Shown: piece by piece, positions 24,079 through 33,536 of the stretch
Position numbering within the stretch: position 1 is the first letter of the stretch
Layout of the letters: each line of letters starts with the position of its first letter
Assembly (NCBI GenBank): GCA_031292755.1
Contig: JARLGM010000008.1
Location: forward strand, 21,602-85,601
Length of the DNA: 64,000 bases
Origin: Candidatus Sulfopaludibacter sp.
Lineage (GTDB): Bacteria > Acidobacteriota > Terriglobia > Bryobacterales > Bryobacteraceae
Direction: 5' to 3'
Made by a program: the position numbers and the translations under genes
Notes under the pieces: model-generated
The model's database searches: none
What the model was told of the DNA's origin: nothing
The model's input: the letters and a program-made list of their open reading frames with translations, nothing else

Positions 24079-27000
24079 ATCTTTCGCGGCTTTTTATCGA
24101 ACGGCCGATCATGACGGTGTTGCTGTGCTTCGCCATTGTGCTGTTCGGCACGGTGGCGTTTCGCGCATTGCCGGTGGCCGCGCTGCCGAGCGTGGATTAT
24201 CCCACGATTCAGGTGACGGCGGCGCTGCCGGGCGCGAGTCCGGAGACCATGGCATCCACTGTGGCGACACCGCTGGAACGCCAGTTTTCGACCATCGCGG
24301 GCATCTCGTCCATGAGTTCGACGAACACTCAGGGCGCCACCAGCATCACGGTGCAGTTCTCTCTGGACCGCAATATCGACGCCGCGGCGCAGGACATTCA
24401 GGCGCAGATCTCGGCGGCGGGCGGGCAGCTTCCGTCCAGCATGCCGCGGCCGCCATCGTACCAGAAGGTGAATCCGGCGGAACAGCCCGTGCTGTACATG
24501 GCCCTGGATTCCAGCACGTTGCCGCTCTACAAGATTTCCGAGTATGCCGATATTCAGATGTCGCAACGCATCTCCATGGTCACCGGCGTTTCGCGCGTGC
24601 AGGTGTTCGGCGAACAGAAATACGCGGTGCGCGTGCAGGTGGATCCCGACAAGCTGGCGGCCTTCAACATGGGGATCGACGAGGTGCAGAAGGCCATCGC
24701 CAGCGCCAACACCAATCTGCCCACGGGGCAACTGGACGGACCCCGGCAGGCGTTCACCATTGAATCCAACGGCGCACTGCTGAAGGCCGCCGCCTACCGG
24801 CCGATCATCGTCGCCTGGCGCAGCGGTACGCCGGTACGGTTGGACCAACTGGCCAACGTGGTGGATGGCGTGGAGAACAACAAGCTCGCGGCCTGGTATA
24901 ACAACACCCGCAGCGTGATTCTGGCCATCAACAAACAGCCGGGCACCAACACCGTGGACGTAGTAGACAGCATTCGCGCGCTGATTCCCGAGTTCCGCCG
25001 CGAGCTTCCTCCAGCCGTGGACCTCTCGGTGGCGTTCGATGCGTCGCAATCCATCCGGGCGTCGATTCACGACGTGGAATTCACGCTGCTGCTGACGGTG
25101 TGCATCGTGGTGCTGGTGATCTTCCTGTTCCTGCGGAACATCTCCGCCACGCTGATTCCAGGCGCCGCGGTGCCGTTTTCGATTGTCGGCACGTTCGCCG
25201 TGATGTACCTGTTGGGGTACAGCCTCAACAACCTGTCGCTGATGGCGTTGACGCTCTCGGTGGGGTTCGTGGTGGATGACGCCATCGTGATGCTGGAGAA
25301 TATCGTCCGGCACATGGAGATGGGGAAGAGCCGCATGGAGGCGGCGCTGGCGGCATCGAAGGAGATCGGGTTCACCATCATTTCGATGACCTTCTCGCTG
25401 GTAGCGGTGTTCATTCCGGTGCTGTTCATGAGCGGCATTGTGGGACGGCTGCTGCACGAATTTTCGGTGACCATCGTGGTGGCGATTCTGATTTCCGGAT
25501 TCGTCTCGCTGACGCTGACGCCGATGCTGGGCAGCCGGTTCTTGAAGTCCGAGCACGAAGTGCGGCATGGCCGCGGCTACCGCCTGCTGGAGCACGGATT
25601 CGACGTCCTGGCCAAGTGGTACGAGAACACGTTGCGGATCGCCATGCGGTTCCGGCTGGCGACACTGATGATCGCCATCCTGATGCTGGCAGGAACCGTC
25701 TACCTGTTCGAGACGATGGCGACGGGCTTCATTCCCAGCCAGGATTCCAGCGCAATGTTCGGCGCGGTTCTGGGTCCGCAGGATGCCTCGTTCGACTACA
25801 TGGCGGCGCACCTGAAGGCGGTTGCCGATATTATCCATGCCGACCCCGGCGTGCAGGATACGATCGCGTTCGTGCCGGGCGGGAACCAATCGTTCGTGTT
25901 CTCCCACCTGAAGCCGCGCAACCAACGGACGCTCTCGGTGGACCAGACCATCGAAGAGCTGCGGCCCAAGCTGATGGGCGTACCCGGCGTGATGACGTTC
26001 ATGCAGAACCCTCCGCCGATTACGGTGAGCGGCCAGTTCGGCGCCGCGGCATACTCGCTGGTGCTGCAGAGCACAGACCTCAAGGAGCTGTATAACTGGG
26101 CTCCAAGGCTGCTGGGCGAGGTCCGCAAGCTGCCGGGGTTCGTGGATGTCAATAGCGATCAACAGATATCCGCGCCGCAGGTGATGGTGGATATCGAGCG
26201 CGATCGCGCGCAGGCGCTGGGCGTGAATCCGCAGCAGGTGCAGGACGCCTTGTACAGCGCGTACGGAACGCGGCAGGTATCGGTGATCTATGCGCCGGCG
26301 GACCAGTATTCGGTGATTCTGGAGGTGGATCCGAAATACCAGGACACGCCGGATTCGCTATCGAAGCTGTACGTACGCTCCAGCAACGGGTCGCTGGTGC
26401 CGCTGGATGCGCTGGTGCGGATGAAGCGGCAGACCGGGCCGCTGAACATCAACCATTTCGGCCAACTGCCGGCAGTGAATATCTCGTTCAACCTGCGGCC
26501 GGGATATTCCCTGGGACAGGCAGCCAACGCAGTGGACAACACGGTTCGCGAATTGCGGATGCCGGCGACGATCGGCAGCAGTTTCCAGGGCACGGTGAAG
26601 GAGTTCCAGAACTCCTTCCGGAATCTATCCATTTTGCTGGTGGTGGCGATTCTGGTGATCTACATCGTGTTGGGAGTTTTGTATGAGAGCTTCATTCACC
26701 CGATCACGATTCTGTCCGGCCTGCCTTCGGCGGTGTTCGGCGCACTGTTGACGCTGGTGCTGTTTCACAAAGAGTTGGACCTGTACGCGTTTGTCGGCAT
26801 CATTATGCTGTTCGGCGTGGTGAAGAAGAACGCGATCATGATGGTGGACTTCGCGATTGACGCGCGGCGCCAGGGCGCCAGCCCGTACGACGCCATCTGG
26901 CAGGGCTGCCTGTTGCGTTTCCGCCCGATCATGATGACCACGGTGGCGGCGCTTTTTGGAACCCTGCCGATTGCGCTAGGCTACGGAGAAGGCGCCGACG

Positions 27001-27161
27001 CGCGCCAGCCTCTGGGGCTGGCGGTAGTGGGCGGGCTGGTGGTGAGTCAGTTTTTGACGCTGTACATTACGCCGGTGATTTATTTATATTTGGAAAAGCT
27101 GCAGCAGAGACTGCAGGGCGGCCGGGCCCCCGCGAGAACGCGGCAGGAAGTCACGGCCTGA
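24075..27161 (+). CDS. RND efflux transporter inner-membrane permease (AcrB/HAE1-like)
   Basis: 1028 aa with ATGA overlap to the adaptor gene. Typical N-terminus MNLSRLFIERPIMTVLL..., 12-TM/2-loop architecture and VGFVVDDAIVMLENI. Confidence 0.93.
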   Translation: MNLSRLFIERPIMTVLLCFAIVLFGTVAFRALPVAALPSVDYPTIQVTAALPGASPETMASTVATPLERQFSTIAGISSMSSTNTQGATSITVQFSLDRNIDAAAQDIQAQISAAGGQLPSSMPRPPSYQKVNPAEQPVLYMALDSSTLPLYKISEYADIQMSQRISMVTGVSRVQVFGEQKYAVRVQVDPDKLAAFNMGIDEVQKAIASANTNLPTGQLDGPRQAFTIESNGALLKAAAYRPIIVAWRSGTPVRLDQLANVVDGVENNKLAAWYNNTRSVILAINKQPGTNTVDVVDSIRALIPEFRRELPPAVDLSVAFDASQSIRASIHDVEFTLLLTVCIVVLVIFLFLRNISATLIPGAAVPFSIVGTFAVMYLLGYSLNNLSLMALTLSVGFVVDDAIVMLENIVRHMEMGKSRMEAALAASKEIGFTIISMTFSLVAVFIPVLFMSGIVGRLLHEFSVTIVVAILISGFVSLTLTPMLGSRFLKSEHEVRHGRGYRLLEHGFDVLAKWYENTLRIAMRFRLATLMIAILMLAGTVYLFETMATGFIPSQDSSAMFGAVLGPQDASFDYMAAHLKAVADIIHADPGVQDTIAFVPGGNQSFVFSHLKPRNQRTLSVDQTIEELRPKLMGVPGVMTFMQNPPPITVSGQFGAAAYSLVLQSTDLKELYNWAPRLLGEVRKLPGFVDVNSDQQISAPQVMVDIERDRAQALGVNPQQVQDALYSAYGTRQVSVIYAPADQYSVILEVDPKYQDTPDSLSKLYVRSSNGSLVPLDALVRMKRQTGPLNINHFGQLPAVNISFNLRPGYSLGQAANAVDNTVRELRMPATIGSSFQGTVKEFQNSFRNLSILLVVAILVIYIVLGVLYESFIHPITILSGLPSAVFGALLTLVLFHKELDLYAFVGIIMLFGVVKKNAIMMVDFAIDARRQGASPYDAIWQGCLLRFRPIMMTTVAALFGTLPIALGYGEGADARQPLGLAVVGGLVVSQFLTLYITPVIYLYLEKLQQRLQGGRAPARTRQEVTA

Positions 27162-27182
27162 TCTTGTCGAGGGGATACATTC

Positions 27183-28055
27183 GTGTATAAACTACGTTGC
27201 TGCGTAGGTGTGCTTTCTCTGTTGATGCTTTGTTCCTGTGCCAACAAGGGGACGACCGCCGGGGACCGGCCTCATGCCACCGTGTTGATGCGCGACGGCA
27301 CGCAGGTGACCGGCTCGGTTACGGACAGCAATTCCGCGGGCATCACGATTGCCGGCGATGACGGTGTGACGCGGACCATTCCGATGGCGCAGGTGAAGAT
27401 GGTGGACTACGGGTCCGCGCCCGCGCCGGCTGCCACTCAGGCCGGGGAGCAGGCGGAGACGGCAGCGGGACCCGATCCGGTTCACGACAACCACTATCAC
27501 CCCACCGAATCCGCCATCACAACCAAGACTTTCGAGTTGCCGGTAGGCACGCGCATCTCGGTGCGAAACGAAGAGACGATCGATTCGGCGAGAGCGGTGG
27601 AGGGTCAGACGTTCCCCGCGGAGGTGACCCGGGACGTCAGAGACCGCGACGGCAATGTGGTGATTCCTCGCGGGTCCAACACTCGGATTGTGATCCGTTC
27701 GGCGTCGAAGGGCGGGCGGTTCCGCGGCACTTCCGACCTGGTGTTGGACCTGCAAACCGTCTCCGTGGACGGCCGCGAGTACGAACTGAGCACGGCGAAC
27801 CTGGCCGAGCGCGGACGGCAGGGCATCGGTGCCAACAAGCGTACTGGTGAGTTTGCCGGCGGCGGAGCGGCCCTGGGCGCCATCATCGGCGCCATCGCGG
27901 GCGGCGGCAAAGGGGCTGCGATCGGCGGCGGCTCGGGTGCGGGCGCGGGCGCCCTGACGGAGGTCCTGACCAAGGGTCCTGCCGTCAGGGTGCCGGTCGA
28001 GAGCGTCCTGACATTTCAGTTGGACCGGCCGCTGCACCTGGTGGTAGAGCAGTAG
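27183..28055 (+). CDS. Lipoprotein with a C-terminal glycine-zipper segment
   Basis: GTG start and lipobox LLMLCSC. A beta-rich middle region is followed by GGGAALGAIIGAIAGGGKGAAIGGGSGAGAGAL. It starts 21 nt after the RND permease. Confidence 0.7.
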   Translation: MYKLRCCVGVLSLLMLCSCANKGTTAGDRPHATVLMRDGTQVTGSVTDSNSAGITIAGDDGVTRTIPMAQVKMVDYGSAPAPAATQAGEQAETAAGPDPVHDNHYHPTESAITTKTFELPVGTRISVRNEETIDSARAVEGQTFPAEVTRDVRDRDGNVVIPRGSNTRIVIRSASKGGRFRGTSDLVLDLQTVSVDGREYELSTANLAERGRQGIGANKRTGEFAGGGAALGAIIGAIAGGGKGAAIGGGSGAGAGALTEVLTKGPAVRVPVESVLTFQLDRPLHLVVEQ

Positions 28056-28113
28056 AAACGCATCCCACACCGTGGCCATCAGGCCGGGCGCCATTCGGTA
28101 TCTGGAACATTCT

Positions 28114-28148
28114 CACTTACCCGGCGTAGTAAGTGGTGGAGTAAGTGG
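28114..28148. repeat. Triad of the heptamer GTAAGTG: one inverted copy and two direct copies in 12-nt register
   Basis: CACTTAC 28114-28120, GTAAGTG 28129-28135 and 28141-47. Also AGTAAGTGG appears twice (28128-36 and 28140-48). The triad lies immediately upstream of GTG 28156. Confidence 0.5.
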
Positions 28149-28155
28149 CGACCGT

Positions 28156-29055
28156 GTGAAGAAACATTCGCGGATCTTCATCATAGCCGGGCTTCTGGCG
28201 CTCTGCGGTATTGCAGGGTCGTTAGTGGTGGCTAACGGAGCGCTTCACATATATATTCGGCCGCTTCCGGACGACGCTGTGGCGCAAGCCGTGGCGGACG
28301 CCGCGCGGGCGGGCTGGCAGGCGGCGGAGGTTACGGCTTCCGATGGCGTGGTTTTGCGGGGCTGGCTCTTCACGCCGTACGCCGCGAATGGCGCGGCGGT
28401 GATTCTGCTGCACGGCGTGGGAGATACGCGCAAGGGCGTCCTCAACCACGCGAAGTATCTGCTCCAGGCGGGCTTCGCCGTCCTTGCTCCAGACTCGCGC
28501 GGTCACGGCGCGAGCCAGGGAGACTACATCACCTACGGCGTGAAAGAGGCCGGGGACGTACACGCGTGGGGCAACTGGCTGTTTGCGAACCGGCCCGTTC
28601 AGCGGCTGTATGGCATGGGTGAATCGATGGGCGCCGCCGTCATCCTGCAATCGCTGGCCACCGAGCCGCGACTGCGGGCAGTGGTGGCGGAATGTCCGTT
28701 CGCCACGTTTCGCGAGGTGGCATATGACCGGCTTTCCACACCCGCGTTTCCTCCTCACTTTTCACTTTGGCCCATTATCCAGATAGGTTACATCTATGCG
28801 CGTATGCGCTACGGCGTGGATCTGCGCCTGGCTTCGCCGCTGCCAGCCGTGCGCGCCACGCACGTGCCGGTGCTGCTGATTCACGGAACGGCGGATACGA
28901 ACATACCGTGCCGCAACTCCGAGGAACTGCACGCCGCGAATCCTGCCTTCACTACGCTGTGGCTGGTGCCGGGCGCGACGCACGTAAACGCGCTGGCGAG
29001 GGATCCGGAACGGTACATCCAACGAGTCACCGGCTGGTTCCGCGATCGTCGCTGA
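28156..29055 (+). CDS. Membrane-anchored alpha/beta hydrolase
   Basis: N-terminal anchor IFIIAGLLALCGIAG, then VILLHGVGD, nucleophile elbow GESMG, C-terminal LLIHGTAD and HV. The ORF opens at 28072; GTG 28156 is preferred because it starts the anchor. Confidence 0.8.
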   Translation: MKKHSRIFIIAGLLALCGIAGSLVVANGALHIYIRPLPDDAVAQAVADAARAGWQAAEVTASDGVVLRGWLFTPYAANGAAVILLHGVGDTRKGVLNHAKYLLQAGFAVLAPDSRGHGASQGDYITYGVKEAGDVHAWGNWLFANRPVQRLYGMGESMGAAVILQSLATEPRLRAVVAECPFATFREVAYDRLSTPAFPPHFSLWPIIQIGYIYARMRYGVDLRLASPLPAVRATHVPVLLIHGTADTNIPCRNSEELHAANPAFTTLWLVPGATHVNALARDPERYIQRVTGWFRDRR

Positions 29056-29065
29056 CGCCGCCAGC

Positions 29066-30076
29066 CTACTTTCTCAACGCCAGCAACTCGGCGGGGGAAA
29101 CGGAGCCGAAGAGCAGATGTTCGGACTGGTTCCGGGCAGTGGGTTCCCATTCTTTGTCGTGCATCGCGTACAGCACGTAGGGGGCGCTGCCGGGTGCAAT
29201 GGGCTGGTAAGCCTCCAGCAGGAACGTTTCGTCTTCCATCTTAAATTGGATGGCGCCGCCGCGAACTTCACCGGCTTTGCTGAAGCCCAGGTCCGGCCGG
29301 GGCACCAGGGAAAGAATATAGCGGCCATGGTTGGGCAGATAGAACCAGACCAGCGTGCCCATGGCGACGTTTCCCGCGCGGATCGCGGACACTTCCGGAG
29401 CGCCGTTCACGGTGACCCGCGGCTGAACCAGCCGCATCTCGGCATCTTCGGCGCGGAATTCCCGGGCGGTTCCTTCCACCGTGGGAACCGTGGGCATGGC
29501 CCGCGCTACCATCGTGGGAGCGCGCATCACACCCATACCGGAATTCGCGATCACCTGCGTCCGCATCGCGGGAGGCGACTGTTGGACCTCCACGATATCC
29601 ACCAGCTTCTGGCCGGTCTTGGCGTCGATCCAGACCGGCACCTCGACTTTGTCGCCCACGTGGACCAGGCGCGGTTCGGGCAGCGGCGGAGTGGCCAGTT
29701 TTTTCCAGGCTGCCGGGCTGGCGGCAGCGTACGGGGTCATGACGAAATCGACCGGGCCGAGTCCCAGTTCCAGGAATGTGATGCGGAACGTATCCGGCTG
29801 CGGCTGCTCTTCCACCAGCAGATCGTAGCCTACATAAGTGAGGCCGGTTTCATCGCGGAAGTACCGGTGCGTGGCCGAATAACCGCTGGCTTGGGCGCGA
29901 TAGACCGTGCGGCTGGTGGAAGCCGGAATGAACGGCAGGGCCGGGACGGGCGGTTCCGTGCGGGTTTCGAAGCGAACGCCCACCATGGAGGACAGGCCGT
30001 TGGAGAAGGTGCCGGTCCAGACGGTTTGCGCGTGAGCGGAAGCGACCATTGCCAGCAGCAACACAAATACCTTCAC
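29066..30076 (-). CDS. Secreted hypothetical protein
   Basis: 336 aa with signal peptide MKVFVLLLAMVASAHAQ. High GC3. It starts 28 nt downstream of the BCCP gene on the same strand. No recognised motif. Confidence 0.7.
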   Translation of the reverse strand: MKVFVLLLAMVASAHAQTVWTGTFSNGLSSMVGVRFETRTEPPVPALPFIPASTSRTVYRAQASGYSATHRYFRDETGLTYVGYDLLVEEQPQPDTFRITFLELGLGPVDFVMTPYAAASPAAWKKLATPPLPEPRLVHVGDKVEVPVWIDAKTGQKLVDIVEVQQSPPAMRTQVIANSGMGVMRAPTMVARAMPTVPTVEGTAREFRAEDAEMRLVQPRVTVNGAPEVSAIRAGNVAMGTLVWFYLPNHGRYILSLVPRPDLGFSKAGEVRGGAIQFKMEDETFLLEAYQPIAPGSAPYVLYAMHDKEWEPTARNQSEHLLFGSVSPAELLALRK

Positions 30077-30104
30077 GTGAGATCCCTGCGAATTATTATA
30101 TCCG

Positions 30105-30464
30105 CTACACCAATTTGCAGAGGATCTGTCCGGGCTTGACGGAGTCGCCGGGCTTCACCGATACTTCTTCCACAATTCCGCCCATGGGGGCTCCGATAGC
30201 GGTCTGCATCTTCATGGCTTCGATGGTGACGACGGGATCGTCGCGGCGTACCCGGAGACCTGGCGCGACAGACACGGAAACGACGGCTCCGGCGATGGGA
30301 CTGCGGCAGATTTTGTCGCCGGGGATGGTATCGCCGGCGGGCGGCGGATGGCCGACCGCGGCGGGCATCTCCGGTTCCTCATCGGAGGGGACCGCCGCGG
30401 CTTCCGGTAGAATGTCTACCTGCACGTCGTAAGTAGCGCCCTCTACGTTGATGCGCAGCCTCAA
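30105..30464 (-). CDS. Biotin carboxyl carrier (biotinyl-domain) protein
   Basis: 119 aa. The C-terminal biotinyl domain carries the attachment motif EAMKM (VVTIEAMKMQTAIGAP), preceded by a Pro/Ala linker. Confidence 0.85.
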   Translation of the reverse strand: MRLRINVEGATYDVQVDILPEAAAVPSDEEPEMPAAVGHPPPAGDTIPGDKICRSPIAGAVVSVSVAPGLRVRRDDPVVTIEAMKMQTAIGAPMGGIVEEVSVKPGDSVKPGQILCKLV

Positions 30465-30658
30465 GGGGTCTCCTTCTTTTCGGGCTCCGGCGCCGGAGGG
30501 TCCGCGGGTTTGCGGGGACGGATGGTGATGGGGATGCGGATGCGGATTCTGGTGCGAGGTCTGTTTTTGCGTCCGCCTTCCTTCATCTGCATGTCCACGG
30601 CCGCGGTGGCAGCGGCGGCGATTGCAACCAGGTGACGTTGGGGAATTCGATCGGCCAT
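30461..30658 (-). CDS. Small ORF between carboxyltransferase and BCCP genes; possible small carboxylase/decarboxylase subunit
   Basis: 65 aa: MADRIPQRHLVAIAAAATAAV... followed by a basic/Pro-rich tail. It starts 8 nt after the carboxyltransferase stop and overlaps the BCCP start by 4 nt. Support is positional only. Confidence 0.4.
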   Translation of the reverse strand: MADRIPQRHLVAIAAAATAAVDMQMKEGGRKNRPRTRIRIRIPITIRPRKPADPPAPEPEKKETP

Positions 30659-30666
30659 CGGTTCAC

Positions 30667-32223
30667 CTATAACGGTATGTTGCCGTGTTTTTTGGTTGGC
30701 CGGAGTTCGCGTTTGGCCGCCAGTGCATCCAGCGCAGCGGCCAATTGGGCGCGAGTATCCGCCGGTTCGATGATATCGTCCACCAGGCGCGCAGCCGCCG
30801 CCACGTAGGGAGTGGAAAACGTCTCGCGATACTCGTTGATGAGTTCCTGGCGGCGGAGTTCCTGATCGTCGGCGGCCGCGATTTCGTGGCGGAACACAAT
30901 TTCGGCGGCGCCCTCCGCCCCCATCACGGCGATCTCCGCGGAGGGCCAGGCGAAGACCCGGTCCGCGCCGAGGTCCTTGGAGCACATGGCAATGTAGCCG
31001 CCGCCATAGGCCTTCCGCACCACCACCGTAAGTTTGGGGACGGTGGCCGCCGCGTAGGCAAACAGCAGCTTGGCGCCGTGCCGGATGATGCCGCCGTGCT
31101 CCTGCTCGATGCCGGGCAGGAAGCCGGGCACATCCACCAGGGTAACCAGCGGAATGTTGAAGGCGTTGCAGAAGCGGATGAAACGTGCGCCCTTATCGGA
31201 GGCGTTGATATCCAGCGCGCCGGCCAGCACGCAGGGTTGATTGGCGATGATGCCCACGGTGCGCCCTGCGATGCGCGCGAAACCGATTACGATGTTACGG
31301 GCGAACTCCTTTTGAACCTCCAGGAAATCGGCGCGGTCCACGATGCGGTTGACGATCTCACGCACGTCGTAGGGGAGTTTGCTCTCTTCCGGCACGATGC
31401 GGTTGAGGGCCTCATCGCGCATATGACGCCGGTCGACATCGCCGCGGGGCGGGTCTTCCTGGTTGTTGGATGGCAGGAACGCGAGCAGGCGCTTGCAAAG
31501 CTTGATCGCCTCCAGGTCGTTATCGGCAATGAAATGGACTACGCCAGAGCGGTCCATCTGCGCGCGCGCGCCGCCCAGTTGCTCCGGCGTGATTTCTTCG
31601 CCGGTCACCTGCCGGATGACGGCCGGTCCGGTGATGAACATATATGCGTACCGCGTCTGGATGATGAAGTCCGTCAGCGCCGGACTGTACGCCGCGCCGC
31701 CGGCACAGGGGCCGCAGATCAGCGAGACCTGCGGCACCACGCCGGAAAGCTGCACATTCGCATGAAATACGCGGGCATAGCCCGCCAGGCTGCCGACGCC
31801 TTCCTGCACCCGGGCGCCGCCCGAATCGTTGATGAACACAAAGGGCGAGCCGGTGGTGAGCGAATAGCGCATCGCATCGGCGATCTTGCTGCCGTGGACC
31901 TCGCCGGCGGAGCCTCCCGCGACGGTGAAATCCTGGCTGGCCACGTAAACGTTGCGGCCCCCGATGCGTCCGCTGCCCGTGATGACGCCGTCGGCCGGCA
32001 GGGGCTTACCCGCCATGCCGAAGTAGGTGGCGCGGTGGCGCGCAAACATTCCCATTTCCTGGAAGCTCTCACGGTCCAGCAGATACTTGAGGCGCTCGCG
32101 GGCGGTCAGCTTGCCTTCCAGATGCTGCTTGTTGGCCCTCTCCACTCCCCCGCCCTGGCGCAGCAACTCCTTCGCGTGCTCCAGAGCTGCAATCTTTTCC
32201 TTGGACAGCTCCGTAACTGACAT
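30667..32223 (-). CDS. Acyl-CoA carboxylase carboxyltransferase subunit (PccB / methylmalonyl-CoA carboxyltransferase 12S-like)
   Basis: 518 aa from ATG 32223 (MSVTELSKEKIAALEHAKELLRQGGG...LTARERL). Motifs include FINDSGGARVQEG, ICGPCAGGAAYSPALTDF and VDVPGFLPG. Confidence 0.92.
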   Translation of the reverse strand: MSVTELSKEKIAALEHAKELLRQGGGVERANKQHLEGKLTARERLKYLLDRESFQEMGMFARHRATYFGMAGKPLPADGVITGSGRIGGRNVYVASQDFTVAGGSAGEVHGSKIADAMRYSLTTGSPFVFINDSGGARVQEGVGSLAGYARVFHANVQLSGVVPQVSLICGPCAGGAAYSPALTDFIIQTRYAYMFITGPAVIRQVTGEEITPEQLGGARAQMDRSGVVHFIADNDLEAIKLCKRLLAFLPSNNQEDPPRGDVDRRHMRDEALNRIVPEESKLPYDVREIVNRIVDRADFLEVQKEFARNIVIGFARIAGRTVGIIANQPCVLAGALDINASDKGARFIRFCNAFNIPLVTLVDVPGFLPGIEQEHGGIIRHGAKLLFAYAAATVPKLTVVVRKAYGGGYIAMCSKDLGADRVFAWPSAEIAVMGAEGAAEIVFRHEIAAADDQELRRQELINEYRETFSTPYVAAAARLVDDIIEPADTRAQLAAALDALAAKRELRPTKKHGNIPL

Positions 32224-32271
32224 ATTCAGTTCTGTAAGTCTTATATTAACGCGCCGTCGCAACTTCGGGTA

Positions 32272-32277
32272 TACAAT
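32272..32277 (+). promoter_or_regulatory. -10-like hexamer TACAAT, 8 nt upstream of GTG 32286
   Basis: Read directly. The spacer accaactt has no SD. Confidence 0.35.
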
Positions 32278-32285
32278 ACCAACTT

Positions 32286-33536
32286 GTGCCCACACAAACG
32301 GTGGTCCGAAGGACGGCGCTTTCCGGGGCCGAATGGCGTGTGCTGCTCCTTTTGGTGATCTCCGGGTTTCTCAACTATTTCGATCGCTCCAATCTTTCGG
32401 CCGGAGCGACCGATATTCAGCGCGAGTTGCACCTGTCGACCTATCAACTGGGCGTGCTCCTCTCGGCTTTCTTCCGGACCTATGCCGCGTTTCAACTGTT
32501 CGCCGTCGCGGGCTGGCTGGTGGACCGGTTCAACGTGTGCTGGATCCTGGCAGCCGGGTTCTTTCTCTGGTCGGCAGCCACCGCAATTACGGGCGTGGCG
32601 CAAACCTTTGCCATGGTGTTTGCGCTGCGCCTGATGCTGGGAATGGGAGAATCGATCGCCTACCCGGCCTATTCGCGGATCCTGGCTAACAATTTTCCGG
32701 AGCACCACCGCGGATTCGCCAACGCCGTCATCGACGCCGGCACCAAGCTTGGGCCGGCGCTGGGCACACTGCTGGGCGGCCTGCTGATGGCGGTTTACGG
32801 ATGGCGCGCATTTTTCGTGGCGCTGGGTTTCAGCAGCCTGCTGTGGCTGGTGCCGTGGCTCATCTCGATGCCGCGCGGAACGGGCGTGGCATCGCGGCAG
32901 GATCCGGCGGGGATTCCTTCCTGCTGGGCAATTTTGAAGCAGCGCTCCGCGTGGTTCAGCGCGCTGGGTCTGTTCTGCACCAACTACTTCTGGTATTTTC
33001 TGCTGACGTGGCTGCCGCCGTACCTGGAGACGGAGCGGCATTTTTCAAAAGCGAAAATGGCGTGGTTCGGCTCCGCGGCTTACTTTGCCGTGGCTCTGTC
33101 CGGGGTCACGGCGGGCTGGGTGTCGGACCGCCTGATCGCCCGCGGGGGCACGCCCACCCGCGTGCGCAAAACGTTCTGCGGCGTCGGCCTCCTGTTTTCC
33201 ACGCTGATTCTGCCGGTTTCGGTGATCGACAACGACCGCACCGCTATGGTGCTGCTGATGGTGGCGTGCCTGTCTTACGGGCTCTTCAGCTCCAACCTTT
33301 TTGCTATCACACAGACTCTGGCCGGACCGCGCGCGGCTGGGAAATGGACGGGGATGCAGAACGGCTTCGGCAATCTGGCCGGGGTCGCGGCGCCGTGGCT
33401 CACCGGTTTTATCGTGCAGCAGACCGGCCGGTTCTACCTGGCATTCCTGGTCGCCGCGGCGGTGGCGCTGCTGGGCGCGGCATGTTTCGTGGTAGGAATC
33501 GGCAGTATCCGGCAGGTGGACTGGCAGAAGACATGA
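32286..33536 (+). CDS. MFS transporter (anion:cation symporter/ACS-like)
   Basis: 416 aa with 12 predicted helices. N-terminal pattern FLNYFDRSNLSAGATDIQRELHLSTYQLGVLLSAFFRTYAAFQ and MLGMGESIAYPAY. Confidence 0.85.
   Translation: MPTQTVVRRTALSGAEWRVLLLLVISGFLNYFDRSNLSAGATDIQRELHLSTYQLGVLLSAFFRTYAAFQLFAVAGWLVDRFNVCWILAAGFFLWSAATAITGVAQTFAMVFALRLMLGMGESIAYPAYSRILANNFPEHHRGFANAVIDAGTKLGPALGTLLGGLLMAVYGWRAFFVALGFSSLLWLVPWLISMPRGTGVASRQDPAGIPSCWAILKQRSAWFSALGLFCTNYFWYFLLTWLPPYLETERHFSKAKMAWFGSAAYFAVALSGVTAGWVSDRLIARGGTPTRVRKTFCGVGLLFSTLILPVSVIDNDRTAMVLLMVACLSYGLFSSNLFAITQTLAGPRAAGKWTGMQNGFGNLAGVAAPWLTGFIVQQTGRFYLAFLVAAAVALLGAACFVVGIGSIRQVDWQKT

Noticed and set aside
23910-26162. 750-aa minus-strand ORF inside the RND permease gene
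   Set aside because: It runs antisense to an unmistakable AcrB-like gene. The His/Arg/Gln-rich translation has no motifs. This is a high-GC artefact.
30461-30985. 174-aa ORF overlapping the 3' end of the carboxyltransferase gene
   Set aside because: Its upstream two-thirds overlap the carboxyltransferase coding region in another frame. Only the last 65 codons (30461-30658) fit the intergenic gap, and even those are kept at low confidence.
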